Position numbers and translations under genes: made by a program. From an uncultured Bacteroidales bacterium (GTDB lineage Bacteria; Bacteroidota; Bacteroidia; Bacteroidales; ML635J-15), in contig CALJNE010000019.1 of assembly GCA_937982115.1 (NCBI GenBank), forward strand, positions 20,084 through 84,083: a stretch of DNA of 64,000 nucleotides, given 5' to 3'. The notes under the pieces are model-generated. The model was not told the origin of the DNA, searched no databases, and saw only the letters and a program-made list of their open reading frames with translations. This document shows positions 49,121 through 58,295 of the stretch, one piece after another (positions within the stretch are counted from its first letter, which is position 1; each line of letters starts with the position of its first letter).

Positions 49121-50629
49121 ATGCTCAAAAAAAAATTTCTTTACTTTTTACTCGGATTAATATTATTTCCTGGATTAAATCTTTTTTCACAAAACTTGGA
49201 AGATGAAGATGATGGAAAGCTAAAAATTTCAGGTTACATCCAAACCCAATATCAAAAGTTTTTTGTTCCGGATTCTATTGGTTCAACACGCAGAGATTTT
49301 GCTCAATTCAGCGGAGGAAATTTTGTTAATGACAATACTTTTGAAAGGTTCATGATAAGACGAGGACGAATAAATCTATCGTATAAAAAAGATTTTACAA
49401 GTTCAAAAATATCTATTGATGTTTCAGAAAGAGGAGTTGGGATTAAAGATATTTATATAAATTCTTTCATTCCGGGATTTGAAGCATTAAGTTTTACAGC
49501 CGGACTATTTCCGCGTCCATTTGGAATTGAAACCGAAGAATCATCTTCATACAGGTATTCACCTGAGCGTTCCAGAGTAATACAAACAATATTACCCAAC
49601 GAACGAGATTTAGGATTAAAAATTGAGTTTCAATTCCCCGAAGATTCTAATCTTTCGTTTTTTAGCCTTACAGGAGCAATAGTGAATGGAAACAGTTCTG
49701 CTGTAGAAACAAATAACTATAAGGATTACATTGGAAGAATTAACTTTTTCACACCCAAATCAATGGAAAATTTCAATGCTTCTGTTGGAGCATCGTATTA
49801 CAACGGAAAAATGCTTCACATTTATGAACCTGTTGATACTATTGCTTCCAATACAAATACAAAATATTACATTTACTATTTTGGGAATTTAACAGATACC
49901 GCCGGAATAAATTACAAAGGATTTTACATTGACACAGCAAAAACATTTGCTTCCGGCACAAGAGGAATTGGAGTTGAAAGAATTTATTACGGCATTGACG
50001 GAAAAATTGAATTTAATTCGCCTTTTGGTAAAACAGAAATCCGTGCAGAATATGTTTGGGGCACTCAACCTTCAGCAGTTAACAATATAAATATTGAGAA
50101 AGACTATGTTGTTTACAATGAAATAAACAGTTTATCTCCAACAGGACCGCAACTTGGTGTTGCATGGCCTTTATACGACCAACCTCAGCCATATAATCCT
50201 ACCATGGTAAGACCTACGAACAAATATCACAGTACTATGCTAAGAAATTTTAATGGCGGATATATTAGTGTTACTCAAAGAATTCTAGATACAAATCATA
50301 AATTATTGGTAAAATATGATTGGTATGATCCCAATACTGCTGTAGCGGGCAAAGAAATAAAACTTCTTTACTATGATGATAATGGAAATCAAGCAGGGAA
50401 TACATTTCTTTCACCGGCAGACGTAAAATTTTCTACAATAGGTATTGGATGGATCTGGGATATCAATCCTAATTTGAGATTTACCGTATATTATGAAAAT
50501 GTTACTAATGAAAATACAGGTATAGGTTCATTTACAGGTAACATCAGATTAGGACAAAGGCCTTCACCTGGTTTTGAAAGAGACATTAAAGACGATTGTT
50601 TAACCGTAAGATTACAATATAAATTTTAA
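49121..50629 (+). CDS. OprO/OprP-like (phosphate-selective family) porin
   Basis: Signal peptide. LKISGYIQTQYQ...FMIRRGRINLSYKKDFTSSKISIDV...IKDIYIN resembles the Porin_O_P pattern. C-terminus ...VRLQYKF. Confidence 0.55.
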   Translation: MLKKKFLYFLLGLILFPGLNLFSQNLEDEDDGKLKISGYIQTQYQKFFVPDSIGSTRRDFAQFSGGNFVNDNTFERFMIRRGRINLSYKKDFTSSKISIDVSERGVGIKDIYINSFIPGFEALSFTAGLFPRPFGIETEESSSYRYSPERSRVIQTILPNERDLGLKIEFQFPEDSNLSFFSLTGAIVNGNSSAVETNNYKDYIGRINFFTPKSMENFNASVGASYYNGKMLHIYEPVDTIASNTNTKYYIYYFGNLTDTAGINYKGFYIDTAKTFASGTRGIGVERIYYGIDGKIEFNSPFGKTEIRAEYVWGTQPSAVNNINIEKDYVVYNEINSLSPTGPQLGVAWPLYDQPQPYNPTMVRPTNKYHSTMLRNFNGGYISVTQRILDTNHKLLVKYDWYDPNTAVAGKEIKLLYYDDNGNQAGNTFLSPADVKFSTIGIGWIWDINPNLRFTVYYENVTNENTGIGSFTGNIRLGQRPSPGFERDIKDDCLTVRLQYKF

Positions 50630-50636
50630 TTAAATT

Positions 50637-53315
50637 ATGAAAAAACACATTTTATTTATTCTTGCAATATTATTCGCAAGTTATATTCTGGCAGGTACAA
50701 GATTTTACAGGGCATCTTATCGTGATGATCCTACTACGACGATCGTAATAGGCTGGAGCGACGATGGTACCTCGAACAATGCAAAAATCTATTACGGCAC
50801 AGTTGATCATGGAAATAACTGGCAGGCTTACCCATTAAATCACGGAATAGACAGAACAGTAAATCACAGAGGTTTAAACAACAGGTTTGCCCGTTTAACA
50901 AATTTAACGCCAAATACTGTTTATTATTTTGTTATAAAAGACGATAACAGCGTAAGTCAGAGGATGTCTTTCAAAACTCTTCCAGATGATCCAAACATTC
51001 CTGTAATGTTTATAAATGGAGGAGATACACGAACAGGAGCATCTGGATTTGAGTTCGAAACTAATTTATGTGTGCCACGCAGAAGAGTCGGATTCGATCT
51101 TGTTGCAAAAATTCGCCCTGATTTTATTGCTTTTTCAGGAGATTTTATTTTCTCAGAAAATTTCCTTGTTGGAGGTAATACTTTATGGAAAGAATGGTTC
51201 GAAGATTACCAAAGAGTAATAGGACCAGAAGAAACAAAACGTCGCATTCCTGCTATTGCTCCTGTATATGGCAATCATGAAGACAATAATGATTTATACA
51301 ATCTTTTTGATATACCTAATAGCAGTAATTATTACGCTTTCAGTAGCGGCAAACTATTTCGCTTTTATTGTTTAAATACAGATTTAGAATGTGACCAAAC
51401 CCAATTAAACTGGTTTGTTAACGATCTCAACAATTACACTAATAATGAAAATGAACCTTTCTGGAAATTTATCCAATATCACATCCCTCTTGCACCCCAT
51501 GGAGAATACAGTGTATTGCCAAGCCTTATAAATTGTTGGGCATCATTATTTGCCCAATATAATATTAGATTAAGTATGGATGGCCACACACACGTAATGA
51601 AAATAACAAATCCTATTTCTCCCGGAACCGGACCGGGAAGCGACGCCGGATATGTTTTAGATTTAGAAACTGGTTGCGTTTATATTGGAGAAGGAAGCTG
51701 GGGCGCTCCTATGAGAAACCTTTATACTGCTGCCGGAGGTAAAGCCTATGCATGGACCAAAGCACAGTCTAAATTTGCAGGTTTTAATATTGTTACAGTT
51801 TTTAAACAAAAATACGAAGTAAGAGCCGTAAAATTTGACGCTACAAATGTAAATTCTGTAACACAGGTAACCGAAAATGATCCCCCTGCAACTCTTCCAC
51901 AAAACCTTGCATACTGGAATATGGATGGCAGTAATGTATTTACCTTGTACAACAATAGATTTGTATTCAGCAATGATGCCAGTTTAGCTCAACTATACAC
52001 TTCTTTAGGCAACCTTACCCCGATTTTTAATCCTCAAGTTTTAAATTATAATGTAAGTTTACCGGCCGGAACGACAACAGTGCCACAGGTTATTGCTGTT
52101 CCTAATCATCCGGGAGCAAGTTTACAGATTACTAATGCTGTTAATCTCAATGGCACTCCGGCTCAGAGAACAACCCAGATAGTAGTAACAGCCGAAAATC
52201 TAACAACAACTCGCACCTATAATATAACATTTGAAGTTGCAAATTTTGCCGATGCCAGATTAGCTTCTATAAGCCTTAGCATAGGAGAATTAGACCCTGC
52301 TTTTAATCCTGACCATTTTCACTATACGGGAGTTTTACCTCCCCAAACAAATCAGATATCACAGGTATCGGCTACTCCGATAGACCCTCTGGCTACAGTT
52401 ACAATAACACAGGCAACAAGCATAGAAGGACTCGCCTCTATTGTTGTTAATGCAGCAGATGGTTTGAGCTCAAATACTTATACCGTAAACTTTATTAAAA
52501 CCGCCGATGATACCAAAATGATAACTGCATTTACAATAAATGGACAAATCGGAGAAACAGAAATTGACCAGAATCTAAAAACCATAAAAGTTAGAATGCC
52601 TGTTCAAACCAACATTACTAACCTAACTCCAATAATAAGTTATATTGGAAGTAGTCTAGCTCCTCCATCCGGACAAGCACAAAATTTTACAAATCCTATT
52701 CAATATACGGTAACTGCCTTTGACAACAGCACAGTAGTTTATACGGCAAGTGTTGAACTTGTAGAATATCAATCCGACAATGCAAATCTTGCAAGCCTTT
52801 CGGTAAGCAGCGGAACACTAAATCCTTCATTCAGTCCATACACTAACATATATAACGTAACTCTTGAGCCCGAAGTGAGTTCTGTACAAATAACAGCTAT
52901 TCCCGAAGATCCTAATGCTAGTGTAAGAATTTTCCCTTACACCAATCTCAACGGAAGTATGGCACAACGAACAGCAACAGTTGTAGTTGTTGCTCCAAAC
53001 GGTATAAATTCTAAAATTTATTCTATTCTTTTTAATTATCAAAGCTCTAACGTAGTAGATTTATCTCTCGGAAGATACTCAGAAGTTTATCCCAATCCTA
53101 CAAAAAATCGCCTGTTTGTAAAACTCCACAACAATAATGATAAATGCAAGATTATTGTTCATAATGGTTTCGGTTACACAGTTTTTGAGAAGAATATAGA
53201 AACAAGCATTACAGAAACAGAATTCGAGCTTAGCGATTTACCTGCAGGTACATATTTCTTAATAGTACTATACGAAAACCAAAAATCAGATTTACATAAA
53301 ATTATAAAATTATAA
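50637..53315 (+). CDS. purple-acid-phosphatase-like metallophosphoesterase with three cadherin-like beta-sandwich domains and a T9SS CTD
   Basis: Metallophosphoesterase motifs GGDTR, SGDF, YGNHED and DGHTHV. Repeats L(A)S(L/I)S.S.G.L.P.F.P....Y. C-terminus VYPNPTKNRLFVKL...GTYFLIVLY. Confidence 0.75.
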   Translation: MKKHILFILAILFASYILAGTRFYRASYRDDPTTTIVIGWSDDGTSNNAKIYYGTVDHGNNWQAYPLNHGIDRTVNHRGLNNRFARLTNLTPNTVYYFVIKDDNSVSQRMSFKTLPDDPNIPVMFINGGDTRTGASGFEFETNLCVPRRRVGFDLVAKIRPDFIAFSGDFIFSENFLVGGNTLWKEWFEDYQRVIGPEETKRRIPAIAPVYGNHEDNNDLYNLFDIPNSSNYYAFSSGKLFRFYCLNTDLECDQTQLNWFVNDLNNYTNNENEPFWKFIQYHIPLAPHGEYSVLPSLINCWASLFAQYNIRLSMDGHTHVMKITNPISPGTGPGSDAGYVLDLETGCVYIGEGSWGAPMRNLYTAAGGKAYAWTKAQSKFAGFNIVTVFKQKYEVRAVKFDATNVNSVTQVTENDPPATLPQNLAYWNMDGSNVFTLYNNRFVFSNDASLAQLYTSLGNLTPIFNPQVLNYNVSLPAGTTTVPQVIAVPNHPGASLQITNAVNLNGTPAQRTTQIVVTAENLTTTRTYNITFEVANFADARLASISLSIGELDPAFNPDHFHYTGVLPPQTNQISQVSATPIDPLATVTITQATSIEGLASIVVNAADGLSSNTYTVNFIKTADDTKMITAFTINGQIGETEIDQNLKTIKVRMPVQTNITNLTPIISYIGSSLAPPSGQAQNFTNPIQYTVTAFDNSTVVYTASVELVEYQSDNANLASLSVSSGTLNPSFSPYTNIYNVTLEPEVSSVQITAIPEDPNASVRIFPYTNLNGSMAQRTATVVVVAPNGINSKIYSILFNYQSSNVVDLSLGRYSEVYPNPTKNRLFVKLHNNNDKCKIIVHNGFGYTVFEKNIETSITETEFELSDLPAGTYFLIVLYENQKSDLHKIIKL

Positions 53316-53317
53316 AA

Positions 53318-55210
53318 ATGAAAAATTTATATTTAGTTTCGTTATTTCTAGTCGGTATTGTTTTCCCGAATTATGGGCAACACTTTTGTACCAGATTAGA
53401 AAAATCTTTTGATCCGGTTTATGCACCATTTTATCATGGCGTGGCATCAGGAGACCCATTACATGACAGAGTAATAATCTGGACAAGAGTAACCCCTCTT
53501 AATCAAGGTGTTGAGAGCATTGATGTAAATTGGTTTGTAGCAACTGACACCAGTTTCAATAATATTGTTAAAAGTGGAACATTTCAAACCGGGCCTGATA
53601 TTGATTACACAGTTAAAATAGATGTTACCGGCTTACAACCCGACACATATTATTATTACTATTTTAACGCTGAAGGCAGAAATTCTGTTATGGGAAGAAC
53701 CAGAACAGCAATTCTCGGACCAATAAATCACCTGAGATTTGCAATAGTTCACGGCTCTAATTATAATAATGGATATTTCAATGCATTTAGAGATTTAGCC
53801 AACAGAAATGATTTTGAATTTGTTATTCATTTAGGGGATTACATATATGAATATGGAACTGGTCAATATGGTAATCATCCGGATCGTTGGTTAGTACCCA
53901 ATTACGATATTGTTACATTGGATGATTATAGAGCCAGATATTCACATTACAGATTGGATCCAGATTTGCGTTATATTCATCAACAATATCCATGGTATGC
54001 TATTTGGGATGATCATGAAATTGCAAATGATTCCTGGGTAAATGGAGCAGAAAATCATGACCCAAACACTCAAGGAGATTTTATGGCAAGAAAAGCAGCT
54101 GCAATTCAAGCATATTTTGAATGGATGCCTATACGTCAGGTTGAAGATCTTTCTAATCCAAACAATCTAATACGTAAAACTATTAATTGGGGTAACCTTG
54201 CATATTTAATTTTTATAGACACCCGAAATGAAGCAAGAATGAATCCAGGAGGACTTCCAAATGATTCTCCTGATAAAAAACTATTAGGAGAACCTCAATA
54301 TCAATGGTTAACACAAAATCTTTATAATTCATATCATGAAGATAATATCAAATGGAGAATAATAGCAAATCAGGTTATGTTTGCTCCTCTGGAAATATTT
54401 GGATGGACAGCAAATAAAGATCAGTGGGATGGATATAAATATGAAAGACAAAGACTGTTAAACTTTATTGCAGGTTGGAATATTAAAAACAATGTTATTA
54501 TTACTGGAGATATTCACACTGCGTGGGCTAATGATATTCCTAATCCAATATTAGGAAATTACGGAAATAATGGACAGGGTTGCGCTCATGCTGTGGAATT
54601 TATCTGCACAAGTATTACCTCCCCCTCAACAAATTTTGGAGGGGGAATTGGCTCTTCCGTAATAATGTGGCAAAATCCACATGTAAAATGGGTTGAACTT
54701 GTAAATAGAGGATATTCAATTATTGATATAACAAACTCCAGGGTTCAATGTGATTATTTTTTCATTGATAATATTAACAGTACAAATTATAATTCATACT
54801 GGGGAAAATCATGGTATTTACAAGAAAATGAAAACTTTTTACGTGAAGCAATGTATCCGACCCTAAGTTATGATGGTTTTCCAAATCTAGTTCCGGAAAT
54901 ACCTTATCAAGGAAATAATAATCCTGTTTTAGTTGAAGATCTAAAAAGTTTTGTACTTCTATCAGGATTTCCAAATCCCACAAATGGTAAATTTTTTATA
55001 CAATTCCATCTAAATTCAGATTCTCAACTAATTTTTAATGTATATGAGCTTTCAGGGAAAAAAGTTTTCAGTACACAAGAAAATTTCTTAAAATGTGATA
55101 TTCAATACATGAACTTCGACTTTAGTTTTCTTAATTCAGGTAAATACATTTTAGAAATTTTAAATACAAATAAAGAAAGACTAGCAATCAAACATTTTAT
55201 AAAAAAATAA
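53318..55210 (+). CDS. phoD: alkaline phosphatase D (PhoD) family protein with a T9SS CTD
   Basis: GVASGDPLHDRVIIWTRV (PhoD N-terminal domain), IHLGDYIYEYG, WDDHEIAND, ITGDIHTAW. C-terminus GFPNPTNGKFFIQF...GKYILEIL. Confidence 0.85.
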   Translation: MKNLYLVSLFLVGIVFPNYGQHFCTRLEKSFDPVYAPFYHGVASGDPLHDRVIIWTRVTPLNQGVESIDVNWFVATDTSFNNIVKSGTFQTGPDIDYTVKIDVTGLQPDTYYYYYFNAEGRNSVMGRTRTAILGPINHLRFAIVHGSNYNNGYFNAFRDLANRNDFEFVIHLGDYIYEYGTGQYGNHPDRWLVPNYDIVTLDDYRARYSHYRLDPDLRYIHQQYPWYAIWDDHEIANDSWVNGAENHDPNTQGDFMARKAAAIQAYFEWMPIRQVEDLSNPNNLIRKTINWGNLAYLIFIDTRNEARMNPGGLPNDSPDKKLLGEPQYQWLTQNLYNSYHEDNIKWRIIANQVMFAPLEIFGWTANKDQWDGYKYERQRLLNFIAGWNIKNNVIITGDIHTAWANDIPNPILGNYGNNGQGCAHAVEFICTSITSPSTNFGGGIGSSVIMWQNPHVKWVELVNRGYSIIDITNSRVQCDYFFIDNINSTNYNSYWGKSWYLQENENFLREAMYPTLSYDGFPNLVPEIPYQGNNNPVLVEDLKSFVLLSGFPNPTNGKFFIQFHLNSDSQLIFNVYELSGKKVFSTQENFLKCDIQYMNFDFSFLNSGKYILEILNTNKERLAIKHFIKK

Positions 55211-55214
55211 ACTT

Positions 55215-57377
55215 ATGAAAATCAAGAATTATATTGTATTAACAGCGTTGCTATTTATTTTGTTGGATGTTTTTTCCCAAAACCACTTTATAGCCAATCC
55301 AACTACAGCTTGTGGAAATGCCAGTGTTAATTTTACTAATCTAAACCCATCACAGAACTATCAACCTGTGTTTATGCTCACTACAGGATTTAAATATAAT
55401 TGGGATTTTGGAAACGGACAAACATCTACATTAGAAAATCCTGGATCAATAAATTACTCGCAACCCGGAATTTATGACGTTAATTATATTCTTACAATTG
55501 ATACTGTTGGTTTCTTTTTGACAAATGTTGAGGTTTTTGCCGTAGGATGTAATGACCCCTTTAACGGAGCCCCTGATACTTATATAATTATAAGAGATGG
55601 TTCTTATAATATAGTTTACAGTACAGAATCTAATCCTTATAATAATCAATGGCCACCATACCAATGGAATTTGAACTTAAAATTAGATAATCCCCCATAT
55701 TTTATTTGGGTTTGGGATGATGACGCTTTAGATGCTGATGATAATTGTGTTGATGATTCAGAAAATACTCCGGGAGTTAGTACTCAAATTATGTTACCTG
55801 CTAATAATTTAAATGGTTTCGGAATCACAAACTATAGCGGAACAAATGGAAGTCTGCAATACAAATTCACGTTTTACAAACCGGTTATAACTTATACAGA
55901 AACTCAACAAATTCAAATCTTTGAAAAACCTAATGCACCTATATTAAGTAATAATGTAATAAATATATGCTTAGGCGAACAAGTTCCCGAAATTACTGCT
56001 GTAGGAAGCTCCGGAAATACAATTAAATGGTATTCTGACGAAAACCTTCAGAATTTAGTGCATACCGGAAACAACATTTCTCCAAATTTAACAGGCGAAG
56101 GTAGTTTTTCATATTATGCTACACAGACAAATTCCAATAATTGCGAAAGTACACCTGCAAACGTAACGATAAACATCACAAAAATTCCGTCGCCGGTTTT
56201 AAATCCACATAACAATACCTATTGTTTAGGGCAAATCATTCCGGAATTTTCAGCAACAGGAAATAATTTAAAATGGTATTATGACTCTAACCTCCAAAAT
56301 TGGATTTGCGACGGAAATATTTTAAATATCCAGCACAATCAAGAAGGAGAATATTCTTACTATGTTGTTCAGACTAACGAAGAAGGTACCTGCATAAGCG
56401 ACCCGATAAATCTCAGTTTTAGTATAATGGATGCTATCAGTGCGGATGTTGTGGTATCTAATGCTAAGTGTTATCAATCCAACGATGGCACTGCTGAGGT
56501 AGTAAATCTTAATGGAGATTCTCCTTTTAGTTTCCTTTGGTCCAACGGGGCAGAAACTCAAAACACAACAGGACTGGGTGCAGGTGAACATTCTGTAATT
56601 ATCCGCGATGCTAATTACTGTATTAAAATCCTTGATTTTGTAATTTCTGAACCCGAAGAACTTGTTGTTGAACTGAATGCAGTTAACGGCTTTTGTCCTT
56701 ATGATGATTTTATTCGTATAAACACCTCCGTTTCAGGAGGTACTCCTCCTTACAGTTTCTTATGGTCGGATGGTAGTATTTTATCAGATTTGCAAAACGT
56801 TCCACACGGAACATACAATATCACAGTTACAGATCAAAACAACTGTCAGGTTATAAAAACAGAAATGTTATATAAACCCGACAATTTTAATGTTCAAGCA
56901 AATATAACTAAATCTTCCTGTCCGCTAAACAGTGATGGAAGTATTGCAGTTGAAGTAACTGGAGGGACTCAACCTTACAGCTATGCCTGGTCATCAGGGG
57001 CAAATTCAGAAATAGCAGAAAACTTAAGTTCAGGAACATACACTTTAACCATCACGGATTTTTATGATTGTGAATATACAAAAGACTTTAATTTGACAGA
57101 CGTTTATTCTATTTGTCTTGTTCCTGCAACAGTATTTACTCCAAACGGAGATGGAAAAAACGATACCTGGCAAATAAAATTTATAGAATTGCATCCGCAA
57201 GCCAGAGTTAAGGTATTTTCAAAAACCGGCCAATTAGTGTTCGATGCAAGCGGTTATTCTTCGGATTGGGATGGTAAATATCAAGGTAAAAATCTGCCGT
57301 CGGGTTCGTATATGTACATCATTGACCTAAACGATGGTTCTGAACCAATGAGAGGTTTTGTAGATATTATTAGATAA
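55215..57377 (+). CDS. T9SS type-B (gliding-motility-associated, CHU_C-type) C-terminal-domain cargo protein with PKD, Ig-like and SprB-type repeats
   Basis: C-terminus VFTPNGDGKNDTWQI...GKNLPSGSYMYIIDL. WDFGNGQ is PKD-like. Repeats C.....DG.....V.GG..PYS(F/Y).WS.G. Confidence 0.8.
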   Translation: MKIKNYIVLTALLFILLDVFSQNHFIANPTTACGNASVNFTNLNPSQNYQPVFMLTTGFKYNWDFGNGQTSTLENPGSINYSQPGIYDVNYILTIDTVGFFLTNVEVFAVGCNDPFNGAPDTYIIIRDGSYNIVYSTESNPYNNQWPPYQWNLNLKLDNPPYFIWVWDDDALDADDNCVDDSENTPGVSTQIMLPANNLNGFGITNYSGTNGSLQYKFTFYKPVITYTETQQIQIFEKPNAPILSNNVINICLGEQVPEITAVGSSGNTIKWYSDENLQNLVHTGNNISPNLTGEGSFSYYATQTNSNNCESTPANVTINITKIPSPVLNPHNNTYCLGQIIPEFSATGNNLKWYYDSNLQNWICDGNILNIQHNQEGEYSYYVVQTNEEGTCISDPINLSFSIMDAISADVVVSNAKCYQSNDGTAEVVNLNGDSPFSFLWSNGAETQNTTGLGAGEHSVIIRDANYCIKILDFVISEPEELVVELNAVNGFCPYDDFIRINTSVSGGTPPYSFLWSDGSILSDLQNVPHGTYNITVTDQNNCQVIKTEMLYKPDNFNVQANITKSSCPLNSDGSIAVEVTGGTQPYSYAWSSGANSEIAENLSSGTYTLTITDFYDCEYTKDFNLTDVYSICLVPATVFTPNGDGKNDTWQIKFIELHPQARVKVFSKTGQLVFDASGYSSDWDGKYQGKNLPSGSYMYIIDLNDGSEPMRGFVDIIR

Positions 57378-57396
57378 TTTTAAAAAACAATATAAA

Positions 57397-58290
57397 ATGA
57401 AAAAGTCTATTTTTTTTACGCTGATATCATTAATATGTGTGTTATCAATAGCACAGCAACAGCCGATAATAAGTAATTACCAGTCTAATCCTTACATACT
57501 CAATAAGGCATACACAGGATATGTAAGTACTCCTGAAATTTGTCTTACTGCAAAAACATATTTTGTTGGTTTTGCCGATAAAAATCCGGGATTTCAATCA
57601 TTGAATTTTGCAACACGTAAAGATTATTACGGAATGGGGCTTTCCCTTTATAACGATTACTTTGGAAATACACGCTATACAGGTATTGGGTTAACTTATG
57701 CCTACCATCTCGAAATGGGCGATAATTCTATATCCTTTGCTCTGTCTCCAAGATTTTCCCAGTACGGGCTGAATGAATCTAATTATGTTTATTTTGATGA
57801 CAATGATGACGCTATTTCAAATGCAAATGAACATAAAATGATTTTTGATGCTGATTTCGGCTTTTTATTCTACTCTGAAAATTACGAAGCAGGGATTTCT
57901 ATCAACAACCTTCTCGAATCGAATATAAGTTTGGGAAACAACGATTCTCAATCAAACAAAATCATTCGTACCTACAACTTAATGGGGAAATATAAACACA
58001 ATTTAAACGATGATTTTCTAATTCAGCCTGGTCTATTGTTCACATACAATACATATAATCTGTATTATGACCTGAATGTAAAAGCAAAAATTAAAGATTT
58101 GGTATGGGCAGGCATAGGATATAAACAAGTTAATGCCTTGAATATAATGTTTGGTATTGATTACAAAAACTACAGTTTTGCATATTCTTACGATTATTAT
58201 CTTTCTCATTTGTCAGGTTTTAGTCACGGCTCTCATGAGATATTTATAGGTATTCGTTTTAATAAAAGTGAAAGTTATTCTAAATTTTAA
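57397..58290 (+). CDS. PorP/SprF-family type IX secretion system membrane protein
   Basis: About 300 aa. The N-terminal AQQQPIISNYQSNPYILNKAYTG is typical of PorP/SprF. It sits immediately downstream of a type-B CTD cargo gene. Confidence 0.8.
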   Translation: MKKSIFFTLISLICVLSIAQQQPIISNYQSNPYILNKAYTGYVSTPEICLTAKTYFVGFADKNPGFQSLNFATRKDYYGMGLSLYNDYFGNTRYTGIGLTYAYHLEMGDNSISFALSPRFSQYGLNESNYVYFDDNDDAISNANEHKMIFDADFGFLFYSENYEAGISINNLLESNISLGNNDSQSNKIIRTYNLMGKYKHNLNDDFLIQPGLLFTYNTYNLYYDLNVKAKIKDLVWAGIGYKQVNALNIMFGIDYKNYSFAYSYDYYLSHLSGFSHGSHEIFIGIRFNKSESYSKF

Positions 58291-58295
58291 GAAAC

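Noticed and set aside
49024-49206. 60-aa plus-strand ORF overlapping the porin gene start
   Set aside because: It is out of frame with the porin ORF, which has a proper signal peptide from the ATG at 49121, and it covers the likely promoter region.
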